From: Oceanicaulis sp.
GTDB lineage: Bacteria > Pseudomonadota > Alphaproteobacteria > Caulobacterales > Maricaulaceae
Length of the DNA stretch: 64,000 nucleotides
Reading direction: 5' to 3'
Assembly: GCA_051117435.1 (NCBI GenBank)
Contig: JBNPED010000019.1
Location: forward strand, 133,476 to 197,475
Position numbers and translations under genes: made by a program. Each line of letters begins with the position of its first letter. Positions within the stretch are counted from its first letter, which is position 1. Below the pieces are notes generated by a model. It made no database searches, was not told the origin of the DNA, and worked only from the letters and a program-made list of their open reading frames with translations. Below are positions 47,667 to 57,174 of the stretch, piece after piece.

Positions 47667-48167
47667 CTAGAAGCGGCGGACGTAGGACACCGAATAGGCG
47701 TCGGCTTCCGCGTCGTCTTCGAGCTCGTAGCGGGTGTACTCCACGCGCACGGCGTTCGGGCCCGCGAAGGCGTATTCGACGCCGGCGCCGTAGCCGAAGC
47801 CGTCGGCGTCGTCGGAGCCGAAGCCTTCCAGTTCGGCTTCAACCCAGGTGTAGCCCACGCGGCCGAATACGGAGACCGCGTCGGTGAGCGGGTACTGGCC
47901 TTTCACATAGGCGCCGAGGCCGTAGTTCAGCGACGCGTCCAGACCGGCGACGTCTTCGTCGCCGAGGCCGAACAGGGCTTCGCCTTCAACACCGAAGAAC
48001 TCGGTGAAGTCATAGCCGCCGCGAACGGTCAGCGTGTCGAACTCGACATCGTCGCCGTCCACGAGCGTGTAGCCGGCGCCGAGGTGGAACTGGCCGTCGA
48101 CGGCTTGAGCCGAAGCGGCGGACGCGGCGATCAGGGCCGCGGCGGTGGAGAGGAGGATCGTTTTCAT
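47667..48167 (-). CDS. Small outer-membrane beta-barrel protein, copy 2
   Basis: Signal peptide, GGYDFTEFFGVEGE, VFGRVGY, C-terminal YVRRF; clear paralog of copy 1. Confidence 0.92.
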   Translation of the reverse strand: MKTILLSTAAALIAASAASAQAVDGQFHLGAGYTLVDGDDVEFDTLTVRGGYDFTEFFGVEGEALFGLGDEDVAGLDASLNYGLGAYVKGQYPLTDAVSVFGRVGYTWVEAELEGFGSDDADGFGYGAGVEYAFAGPNAVRVEYTRYELEDDAEADAYSVSYVRRF

Positions 48168-48450
48168 AATCGGTGTCCTTTGGGTTTGGTCCGGGTCTTG
48201 CGCCCGGATCGAGCGCAGAGATGCGCCGCTTCAAAGCGCGCCACAAGCGGGGCTCTCAGCGCGTCTGCGCACATCAATTGCGCCTGTGGCGAACAAATCC
48301 CGCACAGCGGCGGAAATGCGGCGGAGACGCGGCGCGAACCCGGCAAGTCTTTCAAACTCGCAATGTTTTCGCGCTCCGTTCCGCCCCGCCCGGCCGGGCG
48401 CGTGAGCTGGCGCTGGTCAGCGGGGCCGCGGCGCGCTACGCCTGCCGGCC

Positions 48451-49323
48451 ATGACCTTGACCTTTACAAACTCTCCGCTCGATTTCGGCGATCTCCGGCG
48501 CTCCGATCCCGACTGGATCGAGGATTTGCGCTACGAGAAGGGCGCGAAGGCCGTGCTGTTCTGCGGCGGCGATCTGGCCGTGGGCGAGGACGGCGCGCCC
48601 ATGGTGGTTCCCGCGCGGCGCACCTCGCTTTTGCCGCTGAAGCGGCCGGGCCTGGTGTTCCTGGGCCTGCAGGACGGTGCGGCCTGGTTCGCCGGCGCCC
48701 TGGAGGAGGGCGTGGCGGCGGCCGGGCCGGATTTCAGGATGAGCGCCATCGACGCCGAGCCCGATTTCGCCTGCGTCATCGGGCGGGCGCGTGCGATCCT
48801 GCAATGGCACGCGCGCCGGCGTTACTGCTCCAATTGCGCCGGGGAGAATCAGGCGCGCGACGGCGGGCTGAAGCTCGTCTGCGCGGCCTGCGGGATGGAG
48901 CATTTCCCGCGCGTGGATCCCAGCGTGATCATGCTGCCTTATAGCGGCGATCGCTGCGTGCTCGGCCGCCAGGCGAAATGGCCGGCCGGGCTCTACGCCA
49001 CGCTCGCCGGCTTCATGGAGCCGGGCGAAACCATAGAGGCGGCCTGCGCGCGCGAGGTGATGGAGGAGATCCACCGCCCCGTGATCAGGGCCGAGTACGT
49101 GGCGAGCCAGCCCTGGCCGTTTCCCTCCTCGCTGATGATCGGGCTGATGGCCGAGATCGAACCGGGAGACCTTGTGCCGGACGACGACATCGAGGATGCG
49201 CGCTGGTTCACTCGCGACGAGGTGCGCGCGCTTTACCGGGACATGGACGTGGCGCGGTTCGCGCCGGCGAATTTCTCCATCTCCCGGCTGCTGATCGATC
49301 GCTGGCTGGACGCGCCGGCCTGA
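48451..49323 (+). CDS. nudC: NAD(+) diphosphatase
   Basis: CSNC...CAAC zinc finger, FPRVDP, Nudix box GFMEPGETIEAACAREVMEE, SQPWPFP. Confidence 0.95.
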   Translation: MTLTFTNSPLDFGDLRRSDPDWIEDLRYEKGAKAVLFCGGDLAVGEDGAPMVVPARRTSLLPLKRPGLVFLGLQDGAAWFAGALEEGVAAAGPDFRMSAIDAEPDFACVIGRARAILQWHARRRYCSNCAGENQARDGGLKLVCAACGMEHFPRVDPSVIMLPYSGDRCVLGRQAKWPAGLYATLAGFMEPGETIEAACAREVMEEIHRPVIRAEYVASQPWPFPSSLMIGLMAEIEPGDLVPDDDIEDARWFTRDEVRALYRDMDVARFAPANFSISRLLIDRWLDAPA

Positions 49324-49458
49324 AGGCGCGACGCCGTGACGCGTGGCGCCCTTTGGGCCGTGCGTTAGCTAAGCAACCGCGACAATCGGTTGCCACACCC
49401 CGCGCAGCGTGCCAAACACCCGCGCGATCATGACACCTTCGATCTTGAGAGAACGCTG

Positions 49459-50199
49459 ATGGGCAGTCTTTTCTTCAACAAGGTGGCCGCCGCTCTGCTG
49501 GCGACCGGCCTTTTGATTCTGGGGCTGATGACTTTGTCAGACGGCCTGTTCCACACCGAAGAGCCTGAGCGTCCGGCTTACCCGGTCGATCTGGCCGTGC
49601 TGGAAGCCGCCGCGCCTCAGGAAGAAGAAGAGCAGGGCCCGCCCGATTTCGGCGTGCTCCTGGCCGGCGCCGACATCGGCGCGGGCGAGCGCGTGGCGCG
49701 CCGCTGCGTCAGCTGCCACACTTTCGAGGAAGGCGGCGCGGACGGCACCGGTCCGCACCTGTGGGGCGTGATGGGCCGCGACGTGGCCGAAGTCTCCGGG
49801 TTCAACTATTCGCAGGCCATGAACGAGTACGCCGAAGGCGGGACCGAGTGGGGCTTCCAGAACATGTACGACTATCTGGAGAACCCGCGCGGCTACGTGC
49901 CGGGCACGGCGATGAGCTTCGCCGGCCTTCGCGACCAGGCCGACCGGGTGAACCTGATCGCCTATATGCGCACCCTGTCGAACGATCCGCTTGAAATCCC
50001 CGAGCCGCGCGAAGCCGCGCCGGCCGAAGGCGAGGCCGAAGCCGCGGAAGCCGCCGAATCCACCGGCGAAGCGGCGGCGACCCAAAGCGGCGCTGAAGAG
50101 CCCGGCTTTGAAGACATCGAAGGCGGTGAGGGCGAAACCGCCCAAGAGGGCTTCGATCCGATCGAGGGCGAAGGCGAGAGCGAGCCGCAAGAGGGCTGA
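49459..50199 (+). CDS. Membrane-anchored cytochrome c (CycM/cy type) with acidic tail
   Basis: N-terminal TM, CVSCH, GPHLWGV, PGTAMSFAG; Glu-rich C-terminus. Confidence 0.93.
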   Translation: MGSLFFNKVAAALLATGLLILGLMTLSDGLFHTEEPERPAYPVDLAVLEAAAPQEEEEQGPPDFGVLLAGADIGAGERVARRCVSCHTFEEGGADGTGPHLWGVMGRDVAEVSGFNYSQAMNEYAEGGTEWGFQNMYDYLENPRGYVPGTAMSFAGLRDQADRVNLIAYMRTLSNDPLEIPEPREAAPAEGEAEAAEAAESTGEAAATQSGAEEPGFEDIEGGEGETAQEGFDPIEGEGESEPQEG

Positions 50200-50226
50200 T
50201 CCCGGCCTCATCGGTTCACATGGAGC

Positions 50227-50256
50227 AAGGCGCGTCCTCACCGGGCGCGCCTTTTT
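50227..50256 (+). terminator. Terminator after cytochrome c
   Basis: AAGGCGCGTCC...GGGCGCGCCTT followed by Ts. Confidence 0.65.
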
Positions 50257-50310
50257 CTTCGCCCCGCCGCAGCGCGCGCCCGCCGGCGCGCTTGACTCTG
50301 TCGCGCGGCG

Positions 50311-50325
50311 GAACAAAAATAGAAC
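50311..50325 (+). promoter_or_regulatory. Alphaproteobacterial LexA (SOS) box
   Basis: GAAC-AAAAATA-GAAC (GAAC-N7-GAAC) downstream of -35 TTGACT (50292), upstream of imuA. Confidence 0.88.
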
Positions 50326-50405
50326 GTACGAGATTGGAAAGACCGCCGGGGCCCGTTTCGGGCCCGGCGGCGCCCTGACCACGCCGCTGACCGGGAGAGC
50401 GTCCC

Positions 50406-51251
50406 ATGAGCCGCGCCGCATCCGAGCGCGAGAGCCCGCACGTGCGGGCCGGAGCTTGCGCGGAAGCCTGCGCCGGCCGTCCGGCGCGCCTGGCCGCGCT
50501 GAAGGCGAAGATCGCCGCGCTGGAGGCGGACGGCGGCCGCTTCGTGCAGCCCGGGCGGCCCCGGCTGACCGCGCCGCGCCGGGCCGATCCCGCGGCGAAC
50601 GATTCCGATCCGCTGAGCGAGTTCCGGGCGCAGGCGGGTCTGCACGATCTGCGGCCGGAGACCTATCTGGACGCGCCGGCCGCCTACGCCTTCGCGGTGC
50701 GCTGGCTGGCGGGCCTGCCTCGCGACCGGCTCCTGGTCTGGGTGCGTGCGGCCGGGGAGGCCCGGCTCGATTTCGGCGCGCCCAGCCCCGACGGGCTGAA
50801 CCAGGCCGGGATCGATCCGGCCCGGCTGATGCGGGTGGACGCCAGGCCCGGCGCGGACGCGCTGTGGGCCATGGAGGAGGCGCTGAAATGCGGCGCCCTG
50901 GTGTTCGGCGAGGCCGGCGCGGCGAAGGGCTACGACCTCACCGCCTCGCGCCGGCTGCACGGCGCGGCGAAGGCGAACGGCGGCCAGATCCTGGTCGCCC
51001 GCGCCCATGACGCGGACGGGACGAGCGCCGCGCTCACCCGCTGGCGGATCGCCGCCGCGCCCGGCGCGCCCGCGCCCTGGCGCGGCGCGGGCGGGCTTTG
51101 GGGACTTGGAAGTCTGAAACTCACCGCCGTTCTGGAGCGCCGCCGCGGCGGCGCGCCGGACCGGTTCGAACTGGAATGGACAGAGGATGCGCTACGCCGC
51201 CTTGAGCCTGCCGCGCTGGCCGACCGAGCGCCTCAAGCCGCGACCGGCTGA
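50406..51251 (+). CDS. imuA: Mutasome protein ImuA
   Basis: GLHDL, LWAMEEALKCGAL, LTASRRL..AA, W.I.AAP; first gene of the cassette. Confidence 0.88.
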   Translation: MSRAASERESPHVRAGACAEACAGRPARLAALKAKIAALEADGGRFVQPGRPRLTAPRRADPAANDSDPLSEFRAQAGLHDLRPETYLDAPAAYAFAVRWLAGLPRDRLLVWVRAAGEARLDFGAPSPDGLNQAGIDPARLMRVDARPGADALWAMEEALKCGALVFGEAGAAKGYDLTASRRLHGAAKANGGQILVARAHDADGTSAALTRWRIAAAPGAPAPWRGAGGLWGLGSLKLTAVLERRRGGAPDRFELEWTEDALRRLEPAALADRAPQAATG

Positions 51252-52737
51252 CAGACCGGAAGACAGCCCGGAAGACAGCGAGAACGCGCCGTTCGTCCTG
51301 ACGCTCGCCGGGGCCGGAGGCGAACGGCTGCACGCGCTCACCCCCAACGCCGAGGCCGCGGGGCTCAAACCTGCGATGACCGTCGCCGACGCCCGCGCCC
51401 TGGCGCCGCGGCTTGTCGCCAAGGCCGCCGATCCGGACGGCGACCGGGCGGCGCTGGTGCGCTTCGCACGCTGGTGCGGACGGTTTTCCCCGTGGACGGC
51501 CGCGGATCCGCAAAACCCCGGCCTGGACGGGGTGCTGCTGGACATCACCGGGTGCGCGCAGGTGTTCGGCGGCGAGGACCGGCTTCTCGACCGGCTGGTG
51601 GAGGAGACGCGCGCCCTGGGCCTCACCGCTGCGGCGGCCGCGGCGCCCACGATCGGTCTCGCCTGGGCGCTGGCGCGCACCAAAGCCCCGCGCGCCGCGC
51701 GCGGCTGGATGAGCGTGGACACGGTCCGGCCCGCCCTCGACACGGTTCCGGTGGAGGCGTTGCGCCTGGGCGATGCGGCCGCGAAGCTGCGCCGTTTCGG
51801 CCTGAACACCGCAGGTGATCTTCTGGGCCTGCCGCGCGGCTCGCTCGCCAAACGGTTCGGGCTGGAGCTGGTGCGCCGGCTCGATCAGGCCGCGGGCGCG
51901 GAACGCGAGACCCTCACCCCGCTCAAACCCCAGGCCGATCTGCGCGCGCGTGTGCGCTTTGCAGAGCCCTTGCAGACCCAAGACGGGATCAAGGAGGCGG
52001 CCGGGCGCGCCATCGAAAAGCTCTGCGAGGCCCTGAAGACCGAAGGGCTCGGCGCCACGCGCCTGCGCCTCACGCTCTACCGGGTGGACGGCCAGGCGCG
52101 CGATCTGATCGTCGGCGCCGCCGCGCCGAGCCGGGATGCGGCCCATCTCGCCCGGCTCATGGGCGAGCGGCTGGAGCGTTCCGGGATCGATATCGGCTTC
52201 GGGATCGATCTGGTGGAGGCCGGCGCCGCACTCGCCCGGCGTTTCGATCATGCCCAGACCGATCTGACCGGCGAGGCGGACACCAGCTCCGACGCCGCGC
52301 GGCTGGCCGACCGGATCAACGCCCGGCTAGGCGAGGACGCCGCCCGCCGCCCGCGGCCGGGAAACAGCCATGTCCCCGAACGCGCCGCGCGCTGGACCGA
52401 CGCCGGGGCGTCGCCCCAGGCCTGGCCGGCGCGGCTGGAGCGCCGGCCCTTGCTGATCTTCGACCGGCCCGAGCCCGCCGAGGCGGTGGCGGAAATCCCC
52501 GACGGCCCGCCGCGGCGCTTCACCTGGCGCCGGGTCCGCCACACGGTTTCAAGAGCCGAAGGCCCCGAACGCATCGCGCCGGAATGGTGGCGTTCAGCGC
52601 CCGGCTCCGGCGCCGGCAAGGTGCGCGATTATTTCCGCGTCGAAACCGGCGAGGGCCGCCGCTTCTGGCTCTATCGCGAGGGCTTGTACGGGCGGGAAAC
52701 CGACCACCCCGCCTGGTTCGTGCACGGGGCCGGGTGA
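51187..52737 (+). CDS. imuB: Y-family polymerase-like ImuB
   Basis: R...L.LPRWPTERL, FSPW.A, LDITGCA..FGGE, GPERIAPEWW, RDYFRVE, C-terminal W.VHG. Confidence 0.95.
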   Translation: MRYAALSLPRWPTERLKPRPADRPEDSPEDSENAPFVLTLAGAGGERLHALTPNAEAAGLKPAMTVADARALAPRLVAKAADPDGDRAALVRFARWCGRFSPWTAADPQNPGLDGVLLDITGCAQVFGGEDRLLDRLVEETRALGLTAAAAAAPTIGLAWALARTKAPRAARGWMSVDTVRPALDTVPVEALRLGDAAAKLRRFGLNTAGDLLGLPRGSLAKRFGLELVRRLDQAAGAERETLTPLKPQADLRARVRFAEPLQTQDGIKEAAGRAIEKLCEALKTEGLGATRLRLTLYRVDGQARDLIVGAAAPSRDAAHLARLMGERLERSGIDIGFGIDLVEAGAALARRFDHAQTDLTGEADTSSDAARLADRINARLGEDAARRPRPGNSHVPERAARWTDAGASPQAWPARLERRPLLIFDRPEPAEAVAEIPDGPPRRFTWRRVRHTVSRAEGPERIAPEWWRSAPGSGAGKVRDYFRVETGEGRRFWLYREGLYGRETDHPAWFVHGAG

Positions 52738-52763
52738 TGGGCGGCGAGGGCGCCCGCGCGATG

Positions 52764-52881
52764 TCCTCCCCCGCCTGCGGGGGAGGTGTCCGCGCAGCGG
52801 ACGGAGGGGGCTGCGTTGGCGTTCACCGCCGCGCCGCCCCCCTCGGCCCTTCGGGCCACTCCCCCCGTAAACGGGGGGAGA
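52764..52881. repeat. Bipartite REP-like palindromic element (copy C) between imuB and dnaE2
   Basis: Left arm 52764-52810 is nearly the reverse complement of 42964-43011; right arm 52837-52881 matches 42860-42914. Confidence 0.88.
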
Positions 52882-52912
52882 CACCTCGCCGCGCCGCCAC
52901 GGCCCCCCGCCC

Positions 52913-55900
52913 ATGACCCGTTTCGCCGAACTTTGCGCCGCCACGAACTTCTCCTTCCTGCGCGGGGCCAGCCACCCCCATGAGATGGTGGAAACCGCCG
53001 CCGCGCTGGGGATCGAGGCGCTGGCGGTGGCCGACCGCAACACGCTGGCGGGCGTGGTGCGCGCCCATCTCGTGGCGAAGGAGCACGGGATGAAGCTGCT
53101 CGTGGGCGCCCGGCTGGCGACGGCGGAGGGAGTGGACTGCGTGTGCCTGCCGAAGACCCGCACCGCCTATGGCCGGCTCTCGCGCTTTCTCACCGACGCG
53201 CAATTCGCCGGCGAGCCGGGCGAGCCGGACGTGCGCCTGTCGGCGGCGGGCGAGCAATTGGGCGAAGACCAGGTGCTGATCCTCATTCCGCCGCCGGAGG
53301 AGGACACGGACTGGGCGACGCAGGCCGAGCGCTTTGTCCGGGCCAGCGAAAGTCCGGTGCATCTGGCGCTCGTACGCCGCTTCGACGGGCGCGACGGGGC
53401 GCGGCTCCTGCGCCAGACCCGGCTCGCCCAGCGGCTGGACGTGGAGACCGTGGCGACCACCGATGCGCTCTATCACATCCCCGAACGCCGGCTTTTGCAG
53501 GACGTGGTCACCTGCATCCGCGAGCATGTGCGCATCGACGAGGCCGGCCGCATGCTGGAGGCGAACGCCGAGCGGCATCTGAAACCCGCGCGCGAGATGC
53601 GCCGCCTGTTCGCCGGTTATGAAGACGCGGTCGCACGAAGTGTGGCGCTCGCCGGAGAGATCGATTTCAAGCTCACCGAGCTGGTCTATGAATACCCCGA
53701 CGAGGTGATCGGGGCGGGCGAAACACCCATGCAGACCCTGCGCCGCCTCACGAGGGAGGGCGAGGCGCGCCGCTGGCCGGACGGGACGCCGGAAAAGACC
53801 CGCCAGGCCATCGATTACGAGCTGGGGCTGATCGAGCAGCTCGATTACGCGAGCTATTTCCTCACCGTGTACGATCTTGTCCGCTTCGCGCGCTCGCAAG
53901 GAATCCTCTGCCAGGGCCGGGGGTCTGCGGCCAATTCGGCGGTGTGTTTCGCCATCGGGGTCACGGAGGTGGACCCGTCCAAGATCGATCTCCTGTTCGA
54001 ACGCTTCGTCTCCGCCGAACGCGGCGAGCCGCCCGATATCGACGTGGATTTCGAGCACGAGCGCCGCGAGGAGGTGATCCAGTACGTCTATGAGAAGTAC
54101 GGGCGCCGGCGCGCAGGGATGACCGCGGTGGTCAATTGCTACCGCCCGCGCGGCGCGATCCGCGAGGCGGGCAAGGCGTTTGGGTTATCCGGCGACGTCA
54201 TCGCGGCGCTGTCGAAAGCCGTCTGGGGCTGGCGCGAGGGGATCACCGACGAGGTGATTCGCGGCGAGCTGGGGCTGGACCCCGACAGCCCGGCCCTGCG
54301 CCGGGCGCTGGGGGCGGCGCGCGCGCTGCAGGGGTTTCCCCGTCACCTGTCCCAGCATCCCGGCGGGTTCGTCATCACGCTGGGCCGGCTCGACGAGATC
54401 GTGCCGGTGCGCCGCGCCGCCATGCCCGAACGCACCGCGATCGAATGGGACAAGGAGGATATCGAGGCGCTGGGCCTGATGAAGGTGGACGTCTTGGGCC
54501 TTGGGATGCTCACCGCGGTGAGCAAGAGCTTCGACATCATCGCCGAGGCCTATGGCCGCGAGCTCGCAATGGCCGATCTGCCGGCCGAGGACCCCCGCGT
54601 CTACGACATGATCTGCAAGGCCGATACGCTGGGGGTCTTCCAGATCGAGAGCCGGGCGCAGATGACCATGCTGCCGCGCCTGAAGCCGCGCACCTTCTAT
54701 GATCTCGTCATCGAGGTGGCGATCGTGCGTCCCGGCCCCATCCAGGGCGACATGGTCCACCCCTATCTGCGCCGCCGCGAGGGCAAGGAAAAGGTCGAGT
54801 TTCCTTCAAAGGCGCTCGAAGACGTGCTGGGCAAGACTCTCGGCGTGCCGCTGTTTCAGGAGCAGGCGATGAAGATCGCCATCGTCGCGGCCGGCTTCAG
54901 TCCGAGCGAGGCCGACCGCTTGCGCCGCTCCATGGCCGCCTTCCGGCGCTCCGGCACGATCCAGGAGATGGGCGAAAAGCTGATCTCCGGCATGATCGCC
55001 AACGGGTATGAGCGCGACTTCGCCGAGCGCTGCTTCAAACAGCTGGAAGGCTTCGGCGAGTACGGCTTTCCCGAAAGCCATGCGGCGAGTTTTGCGCTGA
55101 TCGTCTATGTCTCCTGCTGGATCAAGCGGCATTATCCCGACGCCTTCCTCGCCGCCATGCTGAACAGCCAGCCGCTGGGCTTCTACGCCCCGGCCCAGCT
55201 GGTGCGCGACGCGCGCGAGCACGGCGTCGTGGTGCGCCCGCCGGACGTGAATTATTCCGACTGGGACTGCACGATGGAGCGCCTTGAGCCGTTTGACGGT
55301 CCGCCCGCCACGCCCGAAGGCGGCGCGCGCCGGGCGGTACGCCTGGGCCTCAGGCAGATCAAGGGCTTGAGCGAAATCACCGCCGCCCGCGTCATGGCCG
55401 CCCGCGCCGAAGGCGGGCTGTTCGACAGCGTGGAGGACCTGGCGCGCCGCGCCCGGCTTCAGCGCTCGGAAACCGACCGGCTGGCGGCCGGCGACGCCTT
55501 CGGCTCGCTGGTCTCCCGGCGCGAGGCGGGCTGGCGGGCGCTGGCCCAGGCCGGCCCGGACCTGCCGCTGTTTCAGGCCGGCGGCGAGCGCCATGCGCCC
55601 GACCTTTCCGGCGCGCGCCTGCCGGTGATGAGCCTGTCTGAAGAGGTGGCGCGGGACTACTCCACCCTGGCTCTGTCGCTAAAGGCCCATCCGCTGAGCT
55701 TTCTGCGCGCGGCGATTTCGGAGGCGGGCTACCGCACCTGCGCCGAGCTTCTGACGGCCCGAAACGGCGCGCGCGTGGGCGTCGCCGGCCTGGTGCTGGT
55801 GCGCCAGCGGCCGGGTTCGGCCAAGGGCGTGATCTTCGCCACGCTGGAGGACGAGACGGGGATCGCCAACGTCATCATCTGGCCGGCCATGTTCGCGCGC

Positions 55901-56167
55901 TTCCGCCGCACCGTGATCGGGGCCAAGCTGCTGGCCGTCACCGGCAAGCTGCAGCGCGAGGGCGATGTGATCCATCTGGTGGCCGATCAGCTGGTGGACT
56001 GGACCGGCGCGCTCGCCAGCTTGGGCGAAGGCGGGCTCGCCAACGCCTTCGCCCACGCGGACGAAATCGAGCGCCCGGGCATGGACCCGCGCGAAAAACC
56101 CAAGCGCGGTCAGGGCTTCGCCACGCCGGGCGCGGAGATCATCCCGGCGAGCCGGGACTTTCATTAA
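52913..56167 (+). CDS. dnaE2: Error-prone DNA polymerase DnaE2/ImuC
   Basis: NFSFLRGASHP, GRGSAANS, PPDIDVDFE, C-terminal SRDFH. Confidence 0.97.
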   Translation: MTRFAELCAATNFSFLRGASHPHEMVETAAALGIEALAVADRNTLAGVVRAHLVAKEHGMKLLVGARLATAEGVDCVCLPKTRTAYGRLSRFLTDAQFAGEPGEPDVRLSAAGEQLGEDQVLILIPPPEEDTDWATQAERFVRASESPVHLALVRRFDGRDGARLLRQTRLAQRLDVETVATTDALYHIPERRLLQDVVTCIREHVRIDEAGRMLEANAERHLKPAREMRRLFAGYEDAVARSVALAGEIDFKLTELVYEYPDEVIGAGETPMQTLRRLTREGEARRWPDGTPEKTRQAIDYELGLIEQLDYASYFLTVYDLVRFARSQGILCQGRGSAANSAVCFAIGVTEVDPSKIDLLFERFVSAERGEPPDIDVDFEHERREEVIQYVYEKYGRRRAGMTAVVNCYRPRGAIREAGKAFGLSGDVIAALSKAVWGWREGITDEVIRGELGLDPDSPALRRALGAARALQGFPRHLSQHPGGFVITLGRLDEIVPVRRAAMPERTAIEWDKEDIEALGLMKVDVLGLGMLTAVSKSFDIIAEAYGRELAMADLPAEDPRVYDMICKADTLGVFQIESRAQMTMLPRLKPRTFYDLVIEVAIVRPGPIQGDMVHPYLRRREGKEKVEFPSKALEDVLGKTLGVPLFQEQAMKIAIVAAGFSPSEADRLRRSMAAFRRSGTIQEMGEKLISGMIANGYERDFAERCFKQLEGFGEYGFPESHAASFALIVYVSCWIKRHYPDAFLAAMLNSQPLGFYAPAQLVRDAREHGVVVRPPDVNYSDWDCTMERLEPFDGPPATPEGGARRAVRLGLRQIKGLSEITAARVMAARAEGGLFDSVEDLARRARLQRSETDRLAAGDAFGSLVSRREAGWRALAQAGPDLPLFQAGGERHAPDLSGARLPVMSLSEEVARDYSTLALSLKAHPLSFLRAAISEAGYRTCAELLTARNGARVGVAGLVLVRQRPGSAKGVIFATLEDETGIANVIIWPAMFARFRRTVIGAKLLAVTGKLQREGDVIHLVADQLVDWTGALASLGEGGLANAFAHADEIERPGMDPREKPKRGQGFATPGAEIIPASRDFH

Positions 56168-56209
56168 AGCCCGAGCGCGGGAAAGGGGCTTGATCCTCAC
56201 CCGAAAACC

Positions 56210-56225
56210 AAATGATATATCATTT
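56210..56225. promoter_or_regulatory. Perfect 16-bp palindromic operator (copy 1)
   Basis: AAATGATATATCATTT, 43 nt upstream of ATG 56269, downstream of TTGATC (56190). Confidence 0.75.
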
Positions 56226-56268
56226 AGGACAAGCGGCGACCCAACGCCGCCCCAAGGAGGAGAGAGCC

Positions 56269-57159
56269 ATGAAAACCCTGATCGCCGCGCTGGGCGCGGC
56301 CAGCTTCACAGTTTCGGCGGCCGCCGCCCAGGAGCGTCTCAGCTTCGACGACCCGGCCGACGTGCTGGAGATGAACCGCAAGATCGGTTGCTCCACGGTC
56401 GACGGGGAGCCGGTGACGTTCTACTGGCACGGCTACGCCTTCTCCCGGCGCATGGGCGAGGCCGACCGGCGCCTGTTCCGCGTGGAAGGCATGAACGTGC
56501 GCGCCTGCGGCACGGTCGAACATCCTGAATACGGGACCGGCTATCGCCTGGTGAGCCGGGAGCTCCTGCTCTATCTCGACCCGGAGACCGGCGAGATCCT
56601 CTCCACCTGGGACAATCCCTGGACCGGCGAGACCGTCGACGTGCTCCATGTGGCCAACGATCCGGTCAATATGCGCGCGCCCAACTATGTGAACGGTCCG
56701 CGCGGGCCGGCCACCTTCCGCGGCTCCATCCAGGGCGACGATTTCTGGCAGACCGCCACCGTCCCGCTCTGGTATCCCAACCCGCTCGCTAGCGAGTTCG
56801 AGGCCGAGATCGGCGGCACCTATCACGCCACCGAGATGTTCAACTTCTTCGGCAATGTGTCGAACCTCACCGATCCGAACGAGACCACCGCCGATGTGGA
56901 GGTGGGCTGGGTGCGCATGTCCGACTGGCTGCCCTGGATGAAGATGAACGGGCGCGACGGCGTGATCTATTTCCACACCGCCGGCACCAAGCTGGACAGC
57001 TGGGACGAACTGCCCGACTTCTTCAAGGAGGAGATCGCGCGCCATTATCCCGAATACACCGCGCCGCCCCCGCTGGACGATGATCGCGAGAACGTCACCA
57101 GCTGGATCTATTACCGCGACGTGGCGCGGGGCGAGATCGAGGCGCCGGACCGCAACTAG
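56269..57159 (+). CDS. Secreted DUF1838-like protein
   Basis: AAGGAGG SD, signal peptide; W.G..FS......LF..EGMN, SREL..YLDP.TGEIL..W.NPWTGE.V.V.HVANDPVN, RMS.WLPWM.M. Confidence 0.75.
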   Translation: MKTLIAALGAASFTVSAAAAQERLSFDDPADVLEMNRKIGCSTVDGEPVTFYWHGYAFSRRMGEADRRLFRVEGMNVRACGTVEHPEYGTGYRLVSRELLLYLDPETGEILSTWDNPWTGETVDVLHVANDPVNMRAPNYVNGPRGPATFRGSIQGDDFWQTATVPLWYPNPLASEFEAEIGGTYHATEMFNFFGNVSNLTDPNETTADVEVGWVRMSDWLPWMKMNGRDGVIYFHTAGTKLDSWDELPDFFKEEIARHYPEYTAPPPLDDDRENVTSWIYYRDVARGEIEAPDRN

Positions 57160-57174
57160 CGCTCTGCAGGATCG

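Noticed and set aside
49364-49373. GTTAGCTAAG shared with the vapBC operator arm (17859-17868)
   Set aside because: Only one half-site and no partner arm; probably coincidence or a -10-like element.
51259-51280. Short tandem repeat CCGGAAGACAGC in imuB
   Set aside because: Two copies encoding PEDS-PEDS in a linker; too short for a contingency locus.
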